Origin: Methanothrix sp.
Lineage (GTDB): Archaea; Halobacteriota; Methanosarcinia; Methanotrichales; Methanotrichaceae
Direction of reading: 5' to 3'
Length of the DNA stretch: 64,000 nucleotides
NCBI GenBank assembly: GCA_963682135.1
Contig: OY821645.1
Coordinates: 1,312,001-1,376,000, forward strand
Part shown: one piece after another, positions 27,509 to 37,225 of the stretch
How the letters are laid out: the number at the start of each line of letters is the position of its first letter
Numbering within the stretch: position 1 is the first letter of the stretch
The notes under the pieces: model-generated
Database searches by the model: none
Told to the model about the DNA's origin: nothing
Seen by the model: the letters and a program-made list of their open reading frames with translations, nothing else
Made by a program: the position numbers and the translations under genes

Positions 27509-28489
27509 ATGATGACAATGAGGGTTATTTTGTCTATTGCATTCATCGTGCTTTTTTTTCTTTTCTGCGCGTCAGGTAATGCAGATGCACTTGATGCCCA
27601 TAATGGTTCAGTACCCCAAAACAATTCAACATCCCTGGCAGTTCCGTCAGCTTCCTCAATAACGGCGCTATTCGTAATCGTACTGATTCTGGTCCTCTTT
27701 GCGATTATACCTCTATTGCTAAATATGCACCTGGCACACAAGCATCTTGAAAGAACCGATGCAGTTCTGGGTAAATTTCTTGAAAAGCACCATGAAGATC
27801 TTGGCGATGATACCGCTCTGCAAATAATAAAGGAATACATCAACGCTGAACCAGGTGGAGCACCGGGAACCACTCGAGGAATAATGGCTATCGCCATCAT
27901 CCTGGTTGTAGGCATATGTTTGTTCTTCTTGATGGTATATCCTACTAATAATAAAGAAGTAGTCAAGGATGTGATCTTGACTTTGACTGGTGCTTTAACA
28001 TCGATAGTAGGATTCTATTTCGGCGGCAAAGGATCAGCAGAGTCAAAAACCTTCGAGCCTAAACCATCAGAACCACTTAAACCTAATGCATCCGAATCTT
28101 TGCCCGCTTCGTCTGTGCCTACCCCGCCTGTAAAGCCGGAAAAATATACAATAAAAGAAGACTTAACTTATCTGGACAAGCAATATCCGGCAGGAACCGT
28201 GATGGATCTGGAGGACATCCCCGAGGAGATCCGCAAAGAATGGGTCGAGAATAACCGAATAGAGTTCTATGTAGGAGATGAGGTAAAAGATATCCATAAA
28301 GATCTCATCCAAGAGGACAACAAACCCAAACCGGGATGGTACAAGGTAAAATCCAATTTCCGCTATAATGATGATAGGTATATTGCCGGCAACATCATTA
28401 ATCTGTCCAGAATTTCTGCAAGATTGCTGGCAGGATGGGAAAAGAGAGGTTGGATAGAGCCTTACTCTGGATCATTGGCTGCGCCCTAA
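27509..28489 (+). CDS. hypothetical multi-pass membrane protein with duplicated C-terminal domain
   Basis: Signal peptide, three TM segments ending in GFYFG, a Pro-rich linker and two similar ~43-aa modules. Confidence 0.7.
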   Translation: MMTMRVILSIAFIVLFFLFCASGNADALDAHNGSVPQNNSTSLAVPSASSITALFVIVLILVLFAIIPLLLNMHLAHKHLERTDAVLGKFLEKHHEDLGDDTALQIIKEYINAEPGGAPGTTRGIMAIAIILVVGICLFFLMVYPTNNKEVVKDVILTLTGALTSIVGFYFGGKGSAESKTFEPKPSEPLKPNASESLPASSVPTPPVKPEKYTIKEDLTYLDKQYPAGTVMDLEDIPEEIRKEWVENNRIEFYVGDEVKDIHKDLIQEDNKPKPGWYKVKSNFRYNDDRYIAGNIINLSRISARLLAGWEKRGWIEPYSGSLAAP

Positions 28490-28941
28490 TTTCCTTTTTT
28501 TTTCTCGCATACCACGATACCCTCAATCTCCGTATCCGGATAGTTCCCTGTCTCATCCTTCTCCAGGTACTTGACCATATCCCAGACATTGAGCAGCGCC
28601 ACCGAAACCCCGGTCAGTGCCTCCATCTCCACCCCCGTCTTTCCTACGGATGTTACAGTGACAGTTGCCTGCACTCGTCTCTCCTCAATCTCGAAGTTCA
28701 CCTCCAGACCGGTGATGGGGATAGGGTGGCAGAGAGGGATCAAACGGGGCGTATCCTTGACCGCCAGGATGGCAGCCAGCCTGGCTGTGGTTAGAACGTC
28801 CCCCTTCTTCACCCGGCCTGATTTTATGGCCTCAATCGTCGCTTCTCCCAGCCTGATAGATCCAGCCGCCGTGGCCTTTCTGAAGACGATCGGCTTTCCG
28901 GTGATATCCACCATTCCGGCTAACTTCTCTTCCTCGGGCAA
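28486..28941 (-). CDS. moaC: cyclic pyranopterin monophosphate synthase
   Basis: MVDITGK, KKGDVL, LIPLCHP, TGVEMEALT and WDMVK. Confidence 0.95.
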   Translation of the reverse strand: MPEEEKLAGMVDITGKPIVFRKATAAGSIRLGEATIEAIKSGRVKKGDVLTTARLAAILAVKDTPRLIPLCHPIPITGLEVNFEIEERRVQATVTVTSVGKTGVEMEALTGVSVALLNVWDMVKYLEKDETGNYPDTEIEGIVVCEKKKGN

Positions 28942-28945
28942 GTTC

Positions 28946-30343
28946 TCACAGCCTCATAGCCTCTGGAATCTTCTCAATCACATCTGTGGCCGCCATGCCG
29001 AAATCCTTCTCAGGATAGACCAGATCTCCAGCCCGGCCGTTGACAAAGGCGGCAGCCGTCGCCGCCCGCAAAGCCGAGGCTCGAGCATAAAATGCGGCCG
29101 TAATTCCCGCCAGAACGTCTCCCGTGCCGCCCACGGTCATTCCCGGATTTCCGGTGGTATTGGCCCGCACCACCTCTCCGTCCGATATCAGATCGACCTT
29201 TCCTTTGAGCAGGACCACCAGCCCCTTTTGCCGGGCATATTCTTTTAGCGGCTGCGCCCTTTCCCTGTAGTCCAGATCGACCAGTGCAATGCTGCTGATC
29301 CTCTTAAATTCGCCGGCGTGGGGCGTGACAATGCCTCTTAAGGGCAGATCTGCTTGCAGGGCATCGGCATCGATGACCGTCTTCTTGCAGAGAGGGATGA
29401 TCTCGGCCAGAGCCGTAATCGTCTCTGCATGTCTTCCCAGCCCCATGCCCATGACCACCACATCGTGCCTGGCAATCTGCTCTTTGAGAACGGGTATATC
29501 CTCGGGGCAGAGGTGATCGGCAGAGAGCTGCTGAACAATCAGATTGGGTGAATAGCCGGAGATGGTCCGGGCGGCAGCTTTTGGCGCAGCTACAGTGACA
29601 ATGTCCGCACCAGCTCGCAGAGCGGCCATGGCAGAGAGTGCCGGAGCCCCGGTGTACGGCCCGCCGCCGATCACCAGTATCCGTCCGGAGTCTCCCTTGT
29701 GACTCTCCAGAGACCTTCTTCCCATCAGCCACAGGTCTCCTTCTCCCACGAAAAACTCTGCCGCAGGCGGAATGCCGATATCTGCCAGGACGATATCGCC
29801 GGACATGTTCGGTTTTTGGCGGTGAAAGGTCACAGTTAAATCAGAGCGCACGGCTTTGTTAGTCCCCTGGCCGCTGGGAACATCAACCGAGATAACCGGC
29901 TTTCCAGAGGAATTGATGGCATCTATTGCCTGAGCCTCCAGACCCTTGATGCTGCCTCGCACCCCCGTGCCGAAGATGGCATCTACTATCAGGTCACACT
30001 TTTCCAGGGACAGGTCGGCACTATCCATAATCATGCGCAGGTCATAGCCCAGTCGCTCCAGAATTTGCCAGTTCCTCTTTGCCTCCTCTGTAGCGATATC
30101 TCTGGATCGACCCAGGAGATAGACGGTTACGTCAAAGCCGCTCAGGTGGCGGGCAGCAACAAAGGCATCGCCGCCGTTATTGCCCCGGCCTGCCACAATT
30201 GCGATTCTCTTGCCCTTCGCCCGAGCGGCGATCTCCCGAGCCAGAGCTGCGCCTGCATTCTCCATGAGCTGCAAAGGCAGAAGGCCGAAATAGCGGCAAT
30301 TGCAGTCAAGAGCATTCATCTCTTCTGCAGAAATAATTGTCAT
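28946..30343 (-). CDS. nnr: bifunctional NAD(P)H-hydrate epimerase/dehydratase
   Basis: LMENAG, GNNGGD, DAIFGTG, HKGDSG, DADAL, TPHAGEF and GGTGDVLAG. Confidence 0.92.
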   Translation of the reverse strand: MTIISAEEMNALDCNCRYFGLLPLQLMENAGAALAREIAARAKGKRIAIVAGRGNNGGDAFVAARHLSGFDVTVYLLGRSRDIATEEAKRNWQILERLGYDLRMIMDSADLSLEKCDLIVDAIFGTGVRGSIKGLEAQAIDAINSSGKPVISVDVPSGQGTNKAVRSDLTVTFHRQKPNMSGDIVLADIGIPPAAEFFVGEGDLWLMGRRSLESHKGDSGRILVIGGGPYTGAPALSAMAALRAGADIVTVAAPKAAARTISGYSPNLIVQQLSADHLCPEDIPVLKEQIARHDVVVMGMGLGRHAETITALAEIIPLCKKTVIDADALQADLPLRGIVTPHAGEFKRISSIALVDLDYRERAQPLKEYARQKGLVVLLKGKVDLISDGEVVRANTTGNPGMTVGGTGDVLAGITAAFYARASALRAATAAAFVNGRAGDLVYPEKDFGMAATDVIEKIPEAMRL

Positions 30344-30509
30344 AGTAATAGGATAGTGGTGATAAGATAAAGATTCTATCCTTTGGAGAGGAGAGGAAGT
30401 CCTCTCCCAGTTCATCAGGCAGGAGCAGATCAGTGACATACAAAGATTAATAGAGCTAGAGGGTTAACAAAATAGTATAGATTTTCACGAACGACTGGAG
30501 TCTACGAAG

Positions 30510-30746
30510 ATGAAAAAGCTAAATCTAACAGCTACGCTGTGGGAAGAAGAATGTGTCTGGGTAGCTAAGTCTCCCGAAACAGGCATTGCCAGCTGTGGAG
30601 ATACACCACAAGAGGCTTTGAGCAATCTTAAAGAAGCCCTTGAACTTTATCTGGAAAATGCAAGCGAGTTAGGGATGCGAGATGATTTGGATGCCGCCTT
30701 GACCTCAACGCACAAGTTCACAACTTTAATAGAGGTTTCCGCCTGA
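30510..30746 (+). CDS. HicB-family antitoxin (short form)
   Basis: SCGDTPQEALSNLKEALELYLE; TGATG coupling to the next gene. Confidence 0.85.
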   Translation: MKKLNLTATLWEEECVWVAKSPETGIASCGDTPQEALSNLKEALELYLENASELGMRDDLDAALTSTHKFTTLIEVSA

Positions 30747-30982
30747 TGAAGCTTCCATTTCTCTCTTCACAAGAGGTCATTAAAACCCTAATAAAAGCTG
30801 GATTCGATTATGCGCCAAAAAGAGGAAAAGGCAGCCATACAGCTCTTTTCAAGATTGACGAGAATGGTCGAAAGCTGCTCGTGATAATTCCAAGAAGAAA
30901 AGACATGCCGAAGGGGGTCTTATTGTCAATTCTACAGCAGGCGAATCTATCAAAGGATGAGTTTGTTGAACTCTTGAAGTGA
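30746..30982 (+). CDS. HicA-family toxin
   Basis: EVIKTLIKAGF, GKGSH and KGVLLSILQQANLSKDEF. Confidence 0.85.
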   Translation: MKLPFLSSQEVIKTLIKAGFDYAPKRGKGSHTALFKIDENGRKLLVIIPRRKDMPKGVLLSILQQANLSKDEFVELLK

Positions 30983-31008
30983 TGTTCACCCAATAAATCC
31001 CTTGATGA

Positions 31009-33711
31009 CTAGAAATCAAACAGCGACTTCTGCTTCTGCTCTTTGGGTGCCTCACTGAAGCTGAAGAGATTGCTCTGCCCCCTCCTCGAACAAAGCCGGT
31101 CTTTGGTGACCCCAAAGCTCTCGAAGATGCGCAGCACGGGCGGCAAGATCTGTTTTTCCACGTAGTACTCTGTGTCCAGAGGCATGTTCTTCTCCAAGAC
31201 ATAAGAAGGGTCCTCAGCCCGGTTCACAAACAGCTCTTTGTTCTTCTTGCCCCTCTTTCCCTGGACGATGACAAAGGGCACCCTGTCGCCCACGCCCGGC
31301 ACAGTTCCGCCCCGCTCTCTGATCTTCTCGACCAATTGAATATGCGGCTGCTTGTTCTTGTAGGAGCCGGAACTCTTGGTGTAGCGGCGCGTCAGCGTGA
31401 GGTCCTCCAAGAGGGACGGATCCGTTGAGAGATCCAGATTCTGCAGCCTGAGCACCACAGAGCGGACATGCTCAACCGCCTCCTCCACCTTGCCTTCTTT
31501 GAGCACCAGCTCCAGGCAGGTCTTGAGCGTCTTCGAGGTCAGACCGCACCAGTCCCGCCGCACCGTCTCCATGCCCCTCACCTTGATCTTATCCATCCAG
31601 CCGTCGCCCCTCGGCTCGAAGACCCAGAGAGCGTAACGTTTCTTGGCCAGGAATATGCCTCGCCTGGCGAAGGCCTCAAAGACCAACTCCATTGGAGCGG
31701 GAAGCGATGAGGTGACGGTCTGTGCAATCTTTCTGCCAATCAGCTCGGCGTCCTGCAGCGAGATGGCCCCTGCACCGGACCTGGGTCCGGAGGGATGCAA
31801 ACGCACAAAGACGCTGTCCGTATCACCATAGACCACCGAGAGGTCAAAGCATTTCTCTGCCGCCTTTCCGAAAGGCAGCGCATCCTTGAAGACCACCTCT
31901 TTGCCGATCACATAAGCCGAGCCGATCTCATCGATGATCTTCTTGGTGCGCAGGATGTTCTCCCTGCCAAATGAGGTGACGGCATTGGCCAGTGCCAGAC
32001 TGTAGAGCCGGGCGCGGGCATAGCCAGAGTAGCCGTAAAAACTGTTGAGCAGAATCTTCATGGCGTTTTGCTTGGCATCCAAAAAGCGGCGCTCTTCTTC
32101 CCCGGCCTTCTTCATCAGATTCTTGGTTGCAGTCCTCTCATCGAGCAGCTCTCGCAAGACTGCCGGCATTATGCCCGGCGAGACCTGAGGCGAGACGAAC
32201 CTTCCGCCCGAGGGTGCTGTTATGATGCCTTCATCCCCGACCGTCTCTGCCAGGCAGCCCTCAGCCGCAGAAGCCTGTGTCAACACGGTCGTGTAGCAGA
32301 GGTTATGGGCCATCATAATAGTAGGATAAAGGGATTTGTAGTCCAGGATGACCACATCCTCCACCAGCCCCTTCTCCGGCACCAGAACTGCTCCACCTTT
32401 CAGGCCCTCATTCTCCACATAGCGCTCATCCGAGACATCCGCATCTGGCTTGGGCGGCACCACCCTTCCCCTTTCCCGGAAGCGGCGCATGAGCAGGCTC
32501 TCCACCATGCCGGACTGGCCGCCGTTTACGATGTCCTGCAACAATGATCCGCTGGCCCGGGAGAGGGCGATGTACTTGTCCATGAGCCGCAGGTCGAGGA
32601 GCATGTGCAGAGCCAGCACGGCATCTCTTCGGGAGTAGCTGATGAAGCGACGCAGACCATCACCCACCTCCGCCCAGAGGGCCTCGATCTCTTTGGGGTC
32701 CACATCATACTTCTCCATCTTGAGAAGCTCGGCTGCCGCGTTTCTCAGGGTGTACTGCTTGAGGCTGTAAGAAGAGCGTATGATGGGCAGCAAGTCCACC
32801 ACCACCCGACCGGTAATGGAGACATCCGTTCTGCTTACGATCTTTCTTATGTACCAGGAACTGCCATCCCGGCCCATACGCGCTTCCACGCGATTTTGCC
32901 TGCACCTCTCCTGCAGGTAGGGAAAATCGAACTCATTGGAGTTGTAGCCGGCCAGGATATCCGGATTGTAGTCACGAACAATTGATGCGAACGTTGCTAA
33001 AAGATCGCACTCGTCCTGGCAAGATCTTGTGTCGGAACGAGGGCATTCGATATTCTTTCCCACCAAGACCAGGGTCTTATTGCCCTGATATTCCGGTTCG
33101 AAAGCCATGCTGATCAAGATCACGGGCGACTTTTCCGCCTTGGGCATCTCCCCCTGATCCGGCAGACACTCGATATCAAAGCTCATGAAGCGCAGCGGTG
33201 CATTGGTATCATGCGAAACGGGATGCAAAGCCTCAAAAGGTATCGGTGGCAGGGCTGAGGCGGGCGCAGCGGCTCGCGGGCTCACAGTCCACTCCGGGAG
33301 GGGCGCATCCACCCACCCCATACCGCCCAAAGAACAGTCTATGAGAAACCTGTTTTTAAAGAGAATGTCTGTCTCATAGACTGCTTTGATGCCGGCTACC
33401 TCTTTTGCCCTTTCCCTGAGAATTCTCACCTCTTTGGGGTCATGGGTGGTGATCTTGAGCATCTTCTGGGGAGTGGTCTGAAAGCCGATGGGCATAAAGC
33501 GCTCTACCACTTCTACATCCAGTCCCATGGACCTAAGATCCTCCCGGGCGCTTCCCGATAGGTTTTCATCTACGCTCGCATAAAAGTAGGGGCGAAAGCC
33601 TGCCACCCGGCAGGTGACGCTTCTCCCCTCTGGGGTAGTGCCGAAGAGCTGCACTAGAGGATTTCGATCAGAATCGTAGGTGTAATTGGCATCCAGGATC
33701 TGGAAGATCAT
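31009..33711 (-). CDS. polB: family B DNA polymerase
   Basis: Exonuclease SFDIEC and GYNSNEFD; polymerase DYKSLYP, KILLNSFYGY, YGDTDS and KKRYA; C-terminal PIP-box-like QKSLFDF. Confidence 0.96.
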   Translation of the reverse strand: MIFQILDANYTYDSDRNPLVQLFGTTPEGRSVTCRVAGFRPYFYASVDENLSGSAREDLRSMGLDVEVVERFMPIGFQTTPQKMLKITTHDPKEVRILRERAKEVAGIKAVYETDILFKNRFLIDCSLGGMGWVDAPLPEWTVSPRAAAPASALPPIPFEALHPVSHDTNAPLRFMSFDIECLPDQGEMPKAEKSPVILISMAFEPEYQGNKTLVLVGKNIECPRSDTRSCQDECDLLATFASIVRDYNPDILAGYNSNEFDFPYLQERCRQNRVEARMGRDGSSWYIRKIVSRTDVSITGRVVVDLLPIIRSSYSLKQYTLRNAAAELLKMEKYDVDPKEIEALWAEVGDGLRRFISYSRRDAVLALHMLLDLRLMDKYIALSRASGSLLQDIVNGGQSGMVESLLMRRFRERGRVVPPKPDADVSDERYVENEGLKGGAVLVPEKGLVEDVVILDYKSLYPTIMMAHNLCYTTVLTQASAAEGCLAETVGDEGIITAPSGGRFVSPQVSPGIMPAVLRELLDERTATKNLMKKAGEEERRFLDAKQNAMKILLNSFYGYSGYARARLYSLALANAVTSFGRENILRTKKIIDEIGSAYVIGKEVVFKDALPFGKAAEKCFDLSVVYGDTDSVFVRLHPSGPRSGAGAISLQDAELIGRKIAQTVTSSLPAPMELVFEAFARRGIFLAKKRYALWVFEPRGDGWMDKIKVRGMETVRRDWCGLTSKTLKTCLELVLKEGKVEEAVEHVRSVVLRLQNLDLSTDPSLLEDLTLTRRYTKSSGSYKNKQPHIQLVEKIRERGGTVPGVGDRVPFVIVQGKRGKKNKELFVNRAEDPSYVLEKNMPLDTEYYVEKQILPPVLRIFESFGVTKDRLCSRRGQSNLFSFSEAPKEQKQKSLFDF

Positions 33712-33818
33712 TGTTTATAAGTGGAAATTTCTGCTTAAATAGCTAATTGTGCCAAGAGCATTACAGCTAAATATGTACATGAGATACAATATTGTTGGAT
33801 AGTTGCCTGGAGAAAACG

Positions 33819-34154
33819 ATGACAAGAAGAACCGGTTTTTATAATAAAAATAATTTTAATATTATAGTTGTAATTAGTATTATTCTCGCGTCTCAGTCCA
33901 TAATAGCGTCGTCATCTGCTCTATCTGATGATTCGGCACTCATGAAGTTGATCACTCAGAATGAAGATCCGCGAATGGGCGTGAAGGATCTTGTATTCTT
34001 CTTGGTCACACATGATTTTGATGCAGTTCCTAAAAAGGACCGCGTAGAAGTTCAAATAGATGGTACCCCCTACGTATTGGTGCCCAATGGTCAATCACCC
34101 GGACTGGCCAATGTAACCGCAGCGTCTCTAGAAGTAACCGGTCAAAAAAAATGA
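33819..34154 (+). CDS. small hypothetical exported protein
   Basis: Hydrophobic N-terminal segment; co-oriented and 22 bp before the next gene. Confidence 0.6.
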   Translation: MTRRTGFYNKNNFNIIVVISIILASQSIIASSSALSDDSALMKLITQNEDPRMGVKDLVFFLVTHDFDAVPKKDRVEVQIDGTPYVLVPNGQSPGLANVTAASLEVTGQKK

Positions 34155-34176
34155 ATAGGATAAGGGAGATAAAATT

Positions 34177-37035
34177 ATGAAAGCTTTGATAAAATTCGTT
34201 ATCGGATTTCTTCTGATAGCTTTTCTGGTTACAGGTTCTTTGGCGGCAGAAGAGAAGACATCGAAGCAAGTTCTAATTCTTGCCTCCTATAATCTTGGGA
34301 TGAAATGGGATGACAGCATTATCTCCGAGATAAAGCATCAATTTGCGATTTATAAGCCTTCAGCAGTTATCAATGTCGAATTCATGGATACAAAGAGGAT
34401 TGATCCAAATGCAACCCGTCTGGCTGACTTGAAAGCATTGTATCTAAAAAAGTATAATGGCAGGCACTTTGATGTAATCATTTCCATCGATACCGACGCA
34501 TTCCAATTCTTGCTCAATAACCGCGATGAGATTTTTCCGGGAACGCCGGTAGTCTTCTGCGGCGTTATCAGCTTCGAAGATGAGATGCTGCGAGGAAAAC
34601 GCAATTTCACGGGCGTAATGGAAGTATTCGATATCAAGGATACAATTTCTTTGATGCTCAAATTGCATCCCCATACGAAGCTTATTGCTATTGTAAATGA
34701 TAATACATCGACCGGTCAGGCTAATCGAAAGATCATGGATGCTGCGATTCCAGAATTAGAGGGCAAGGTATCTTTTGAGTACCTTGACAACCTCACAGCA
34801 GAGGAGCTTGCGAGGCGTGTCCACTCCCTGCCTGATGACAGCCTCATCTTGGAGATGACCTTTAATCGTGACCGGAATGGAAAAGTATTGACTTATGAGG
34901 ATACGACAAGCCTCATCCAAGGAGCAAGCTCTGTTCCAATTTATGCTTTATGGGATTTCTTCATAGGATATGGTATTGTCGGAGGAAAGTTGCTCACGGG
35001 ATCGTCTCAAGGAAGCGAGGCAGCAAAGCTTGCGCTGCGCATCTTAGAGGGAGAAAAGGCGGAAAATATTGCAGTAGTTAGAGAGAACTTCAACCGCTAC
35101 AAGTTTGATAATTTTGAGTTGATTCGTTTCGGCATTCCCGTCTCCAGCTTACCCGCAGACAGTGTGATAATTAACCGGCCATTCCAATCACGCGTTGATC
35201 TCAGTGGCACAAACCTGAGCGGCCTTAATATATCCGGAGCCAACTTAAGCCGCTCACAGCTGCAAAATACCAATCTGGAAATGACGAACCTCAGCGAATC
35301 AGTGCTGGAAGGATCTGAATTGGGCGATGCCCGACTTGTGAGAACCATCTTCAGAGGAGCAACCATGGATGAGACCGACATTGATGGATCCGATCTGTCT
35401 TTTGCCGACCTGGATGGTGCAATTCTTGTCGGATCTGACATCGCCGGCTCGAATCTGACCGGTGCCGACCTGCGAGGAGCAGACCTGAGCCAGGCCCGTT
35501 TGACCAATGCGATTCTTGCAGGAGCAAATCTGGATAATGCCAACTTGACCGCAGCCAATCTTCCGGATGCAGATCTAACCAAAGCTTCCTTTTTCAGAGC
35601 TTATTTGAGGCGGGCTAACTTATGCAGTTCGCGACTAATGGATGCTAACCTTTCCGAAGCAGATCTCGTGGGGGCTGCCCTGATAGCTTCTGAAATGACA
35701 GGCGCCAATATTTTCAAGGCCAACCTGGAAGAGGCGAGAATGTCCGGCGCAAGATTGATTGATGCAAACCTGGGTGCGGTCGATCTTATGGCCGCCAACC
35801 TCAGCACCTCCAATCTGACAGGTGCAAACCTGGCCGATGCCTACATGAGAAGGGTTATGCTGAGGGATGCAATACTGAAGGGCGCCAATCTATCGATAGC
35901 TGACATGGTTGGGGCTAACATGATTGATGCTGATCTTTCGGATGCAGAATTTTATGGGGCTGATATCTCAGAGAGTCGCTGTCATGGAGCAAAGTTCGTC
36001 GGCTCTCGATTAATCAATTCTCAAATTCGGTTTGCTAACCTGACTTATACGAACTTCAGCATGGCGAACCTCTCTGGATCGGATCTTGCGTCATCCAGTT
36101 TGGAAGGCTCCGATCTCTCTAGAGCTAACCTTTCAAGGGCAAATCTCGAAATTGCCTATATGCACAATGCTAACCTTGCCGGAGCTGATCTTTCCGATGC
36201 CAGCCTGCCAGGAGCGCATCTGGAAGATTCCGACCTATCCAGCACGAATCTTGAAAACGCAGATCTGACCAATGCATTGCTGGGCGGATGCAACCTTACT
36301 GGTGCCAATCTGAATGGAGCCAGGCTTCTTGGTGCGGATCTTAGCCTGGCAATCATGAATGATGCACAGATGACCAGGACAAATATGATCGGTGCCAAAA
36401 TGAGCTGGGCGGATCTGAGCTGCAGCAGTCTTACCGATTGCCAGTTCACCAGAGCGGAGCTTTTTGGAGCCAACCTGAGCAACTGCGACCTGACCGGTTC
36501 GGACTTCACCCGGGCATATTTAGTGAGAGCTAATCTATCAGGTTGCACTCTGAAAGATGTCAACTTGGATTACGCCGACCTTACCGGAGCGAATCTGAGA
36601 AATGCCCGAATAAATGGGGCCAGACTCGCAAATGTATTTCTAAACGAAGCGGACCTATCGAACGCGGACCTCACGGGTTCTTATCTTTATGGCATGACTC
36701 TGAAGGATACTGTTTGGAGCAAGGCGAACTTGAGGTCGTCCAGCATAATTTTGCTGAACTTTTTGGATGCTGATTTCAGCGGCAGCGACCTGCGAAAGAC
36801 CCGTTTTGCCCAGACCTATATGAATAACACCAACTTCTCCGATGCGGATCTGAGTGGCGTTGTCTTTGACACCTGCGCCTTCGAAAACTCTGATTTTACA
36901 GGCGCCAACCTGCAAGAAATCAAATACGATTCCACTGCGCTTAATTTTTTCGCGGCGTCCAAACTCGAAGGGGCCAAGATAAGCGCAGATCTGAAAAATG
37001 ATCTAGAAAAATTGCGGTCAGGAAAAATAGCCTGA
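34177..37035 (+). CDS. secreted protein: ABC substrate-binding/sensor-type domain fused to ~600 aa of pentapeptide repeats
   Basis: Signal peptide; VLILASY, EFMDTKR, PVVFCGV, GIVGG and FGIPVSSLPADSVIINRP; then continuous A(D/N)Lxx repeats. Confidence 0.85.
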   Translation: MKALIKFVIGFLLIAFLVTGSLAAEEKTSKQVLILASYNLGMKWDDSIISEIKHQFAIYKPSAVINVEFMDTKRIDPNATRLADLKALYLKKYNGRHFDVIISIDTDAFQFLLNNRDEIFPGTPVVFCGVISFEDEMLRGKRNFTGVMEVFDIKDTISLMLKLHPHTKLIAIVNDNTSTGQANRKIMDAAIPELEGKVSFEYLDNLTAEELARRVHSLPDDSLILEMTFNRDRNGKVLTYEDTTSLIQGASSVPIYALWDFFIGYGIVGGKLLTGSSQGSEAAKLALRILEGEKAENIAVVRENFNRYKFDNFELIRFGIPVSSLPADSVIINRPFQSRVDLSGTNLSGLNISGANLSRSQLQNTNLEMTNLSESVLEGSELGDARLVRTIFRGATMDETDIDGSDLSFADLDGAILVGSDIAGSNLTGADLRGADLSQARLTNAILAGANLDNANLTAANLPDADLTKASFFRAYLRRANLCSSRLMDANLSEADLVGAALIASEMTGANIFKANLEEARMSGARLIDANLGAVDLMAANLSTSNLTGANLADAYMRRVMLRDAILKGANLSIADMVGANMIDADLSDAEFYGADISESRCHGAKFVGSRLINSQIRFANLTYTNFSMANLSGSDLASSSLEGSDLSRANLSRANLEIAYMHNANLAGADLSDASLPGAHLEDSDLSSTNLENADLTNALLGGCNLTGANLNGARLLGADLSLAIMNDAQMTRTNMIGAKMSWADLSCSSLTDCQFTRAELFGANLSNCDLTGSDFTRAYLVRANLSGCTLKDVNLDYADLTGANLRNARINGARLANVFLNEADLSNADLTGSYLYGMTLKDTVWSKANLRSSSIILLNFLDADFSGSDLRKTRFAQTYMNNTNFSDADLSGVVFDTCAFENSDFTGANLQEIKYDSTALNFFAASKLEGAKISADLKNDLEKLRSGKIA

Positions 37036-37225
37036 CCCGCCTTTTTTTATTGGAACTAATCATGGGATATAGTTCAAGCGGACTGGCATCATGCCGCCTT
37101 GAATAGCTGTGTCGTAAATGGGAATAATTGATTACAAGATTCGATTTAATTGCACTAAGAACATTAATCATTTATAAGTAGGATCATATATGCAATTATC
37201 CGAAATGGAAATGGAGCTGGTTTGA

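Noticed and set aside
28571-29248. 225-aa plus-strand ORF
   Set aside because: It is antisense to moaC and nnr, with the Ser/Thr-rich composition typical of shadow frames.
31009-33711. Intein in PolB (also checked in the RNR)
   Set aside because: The catalytic motifs are contiguous apart from short insertions, and I saw no C/S...HN splice motifs or LAGLIDADG blocks.
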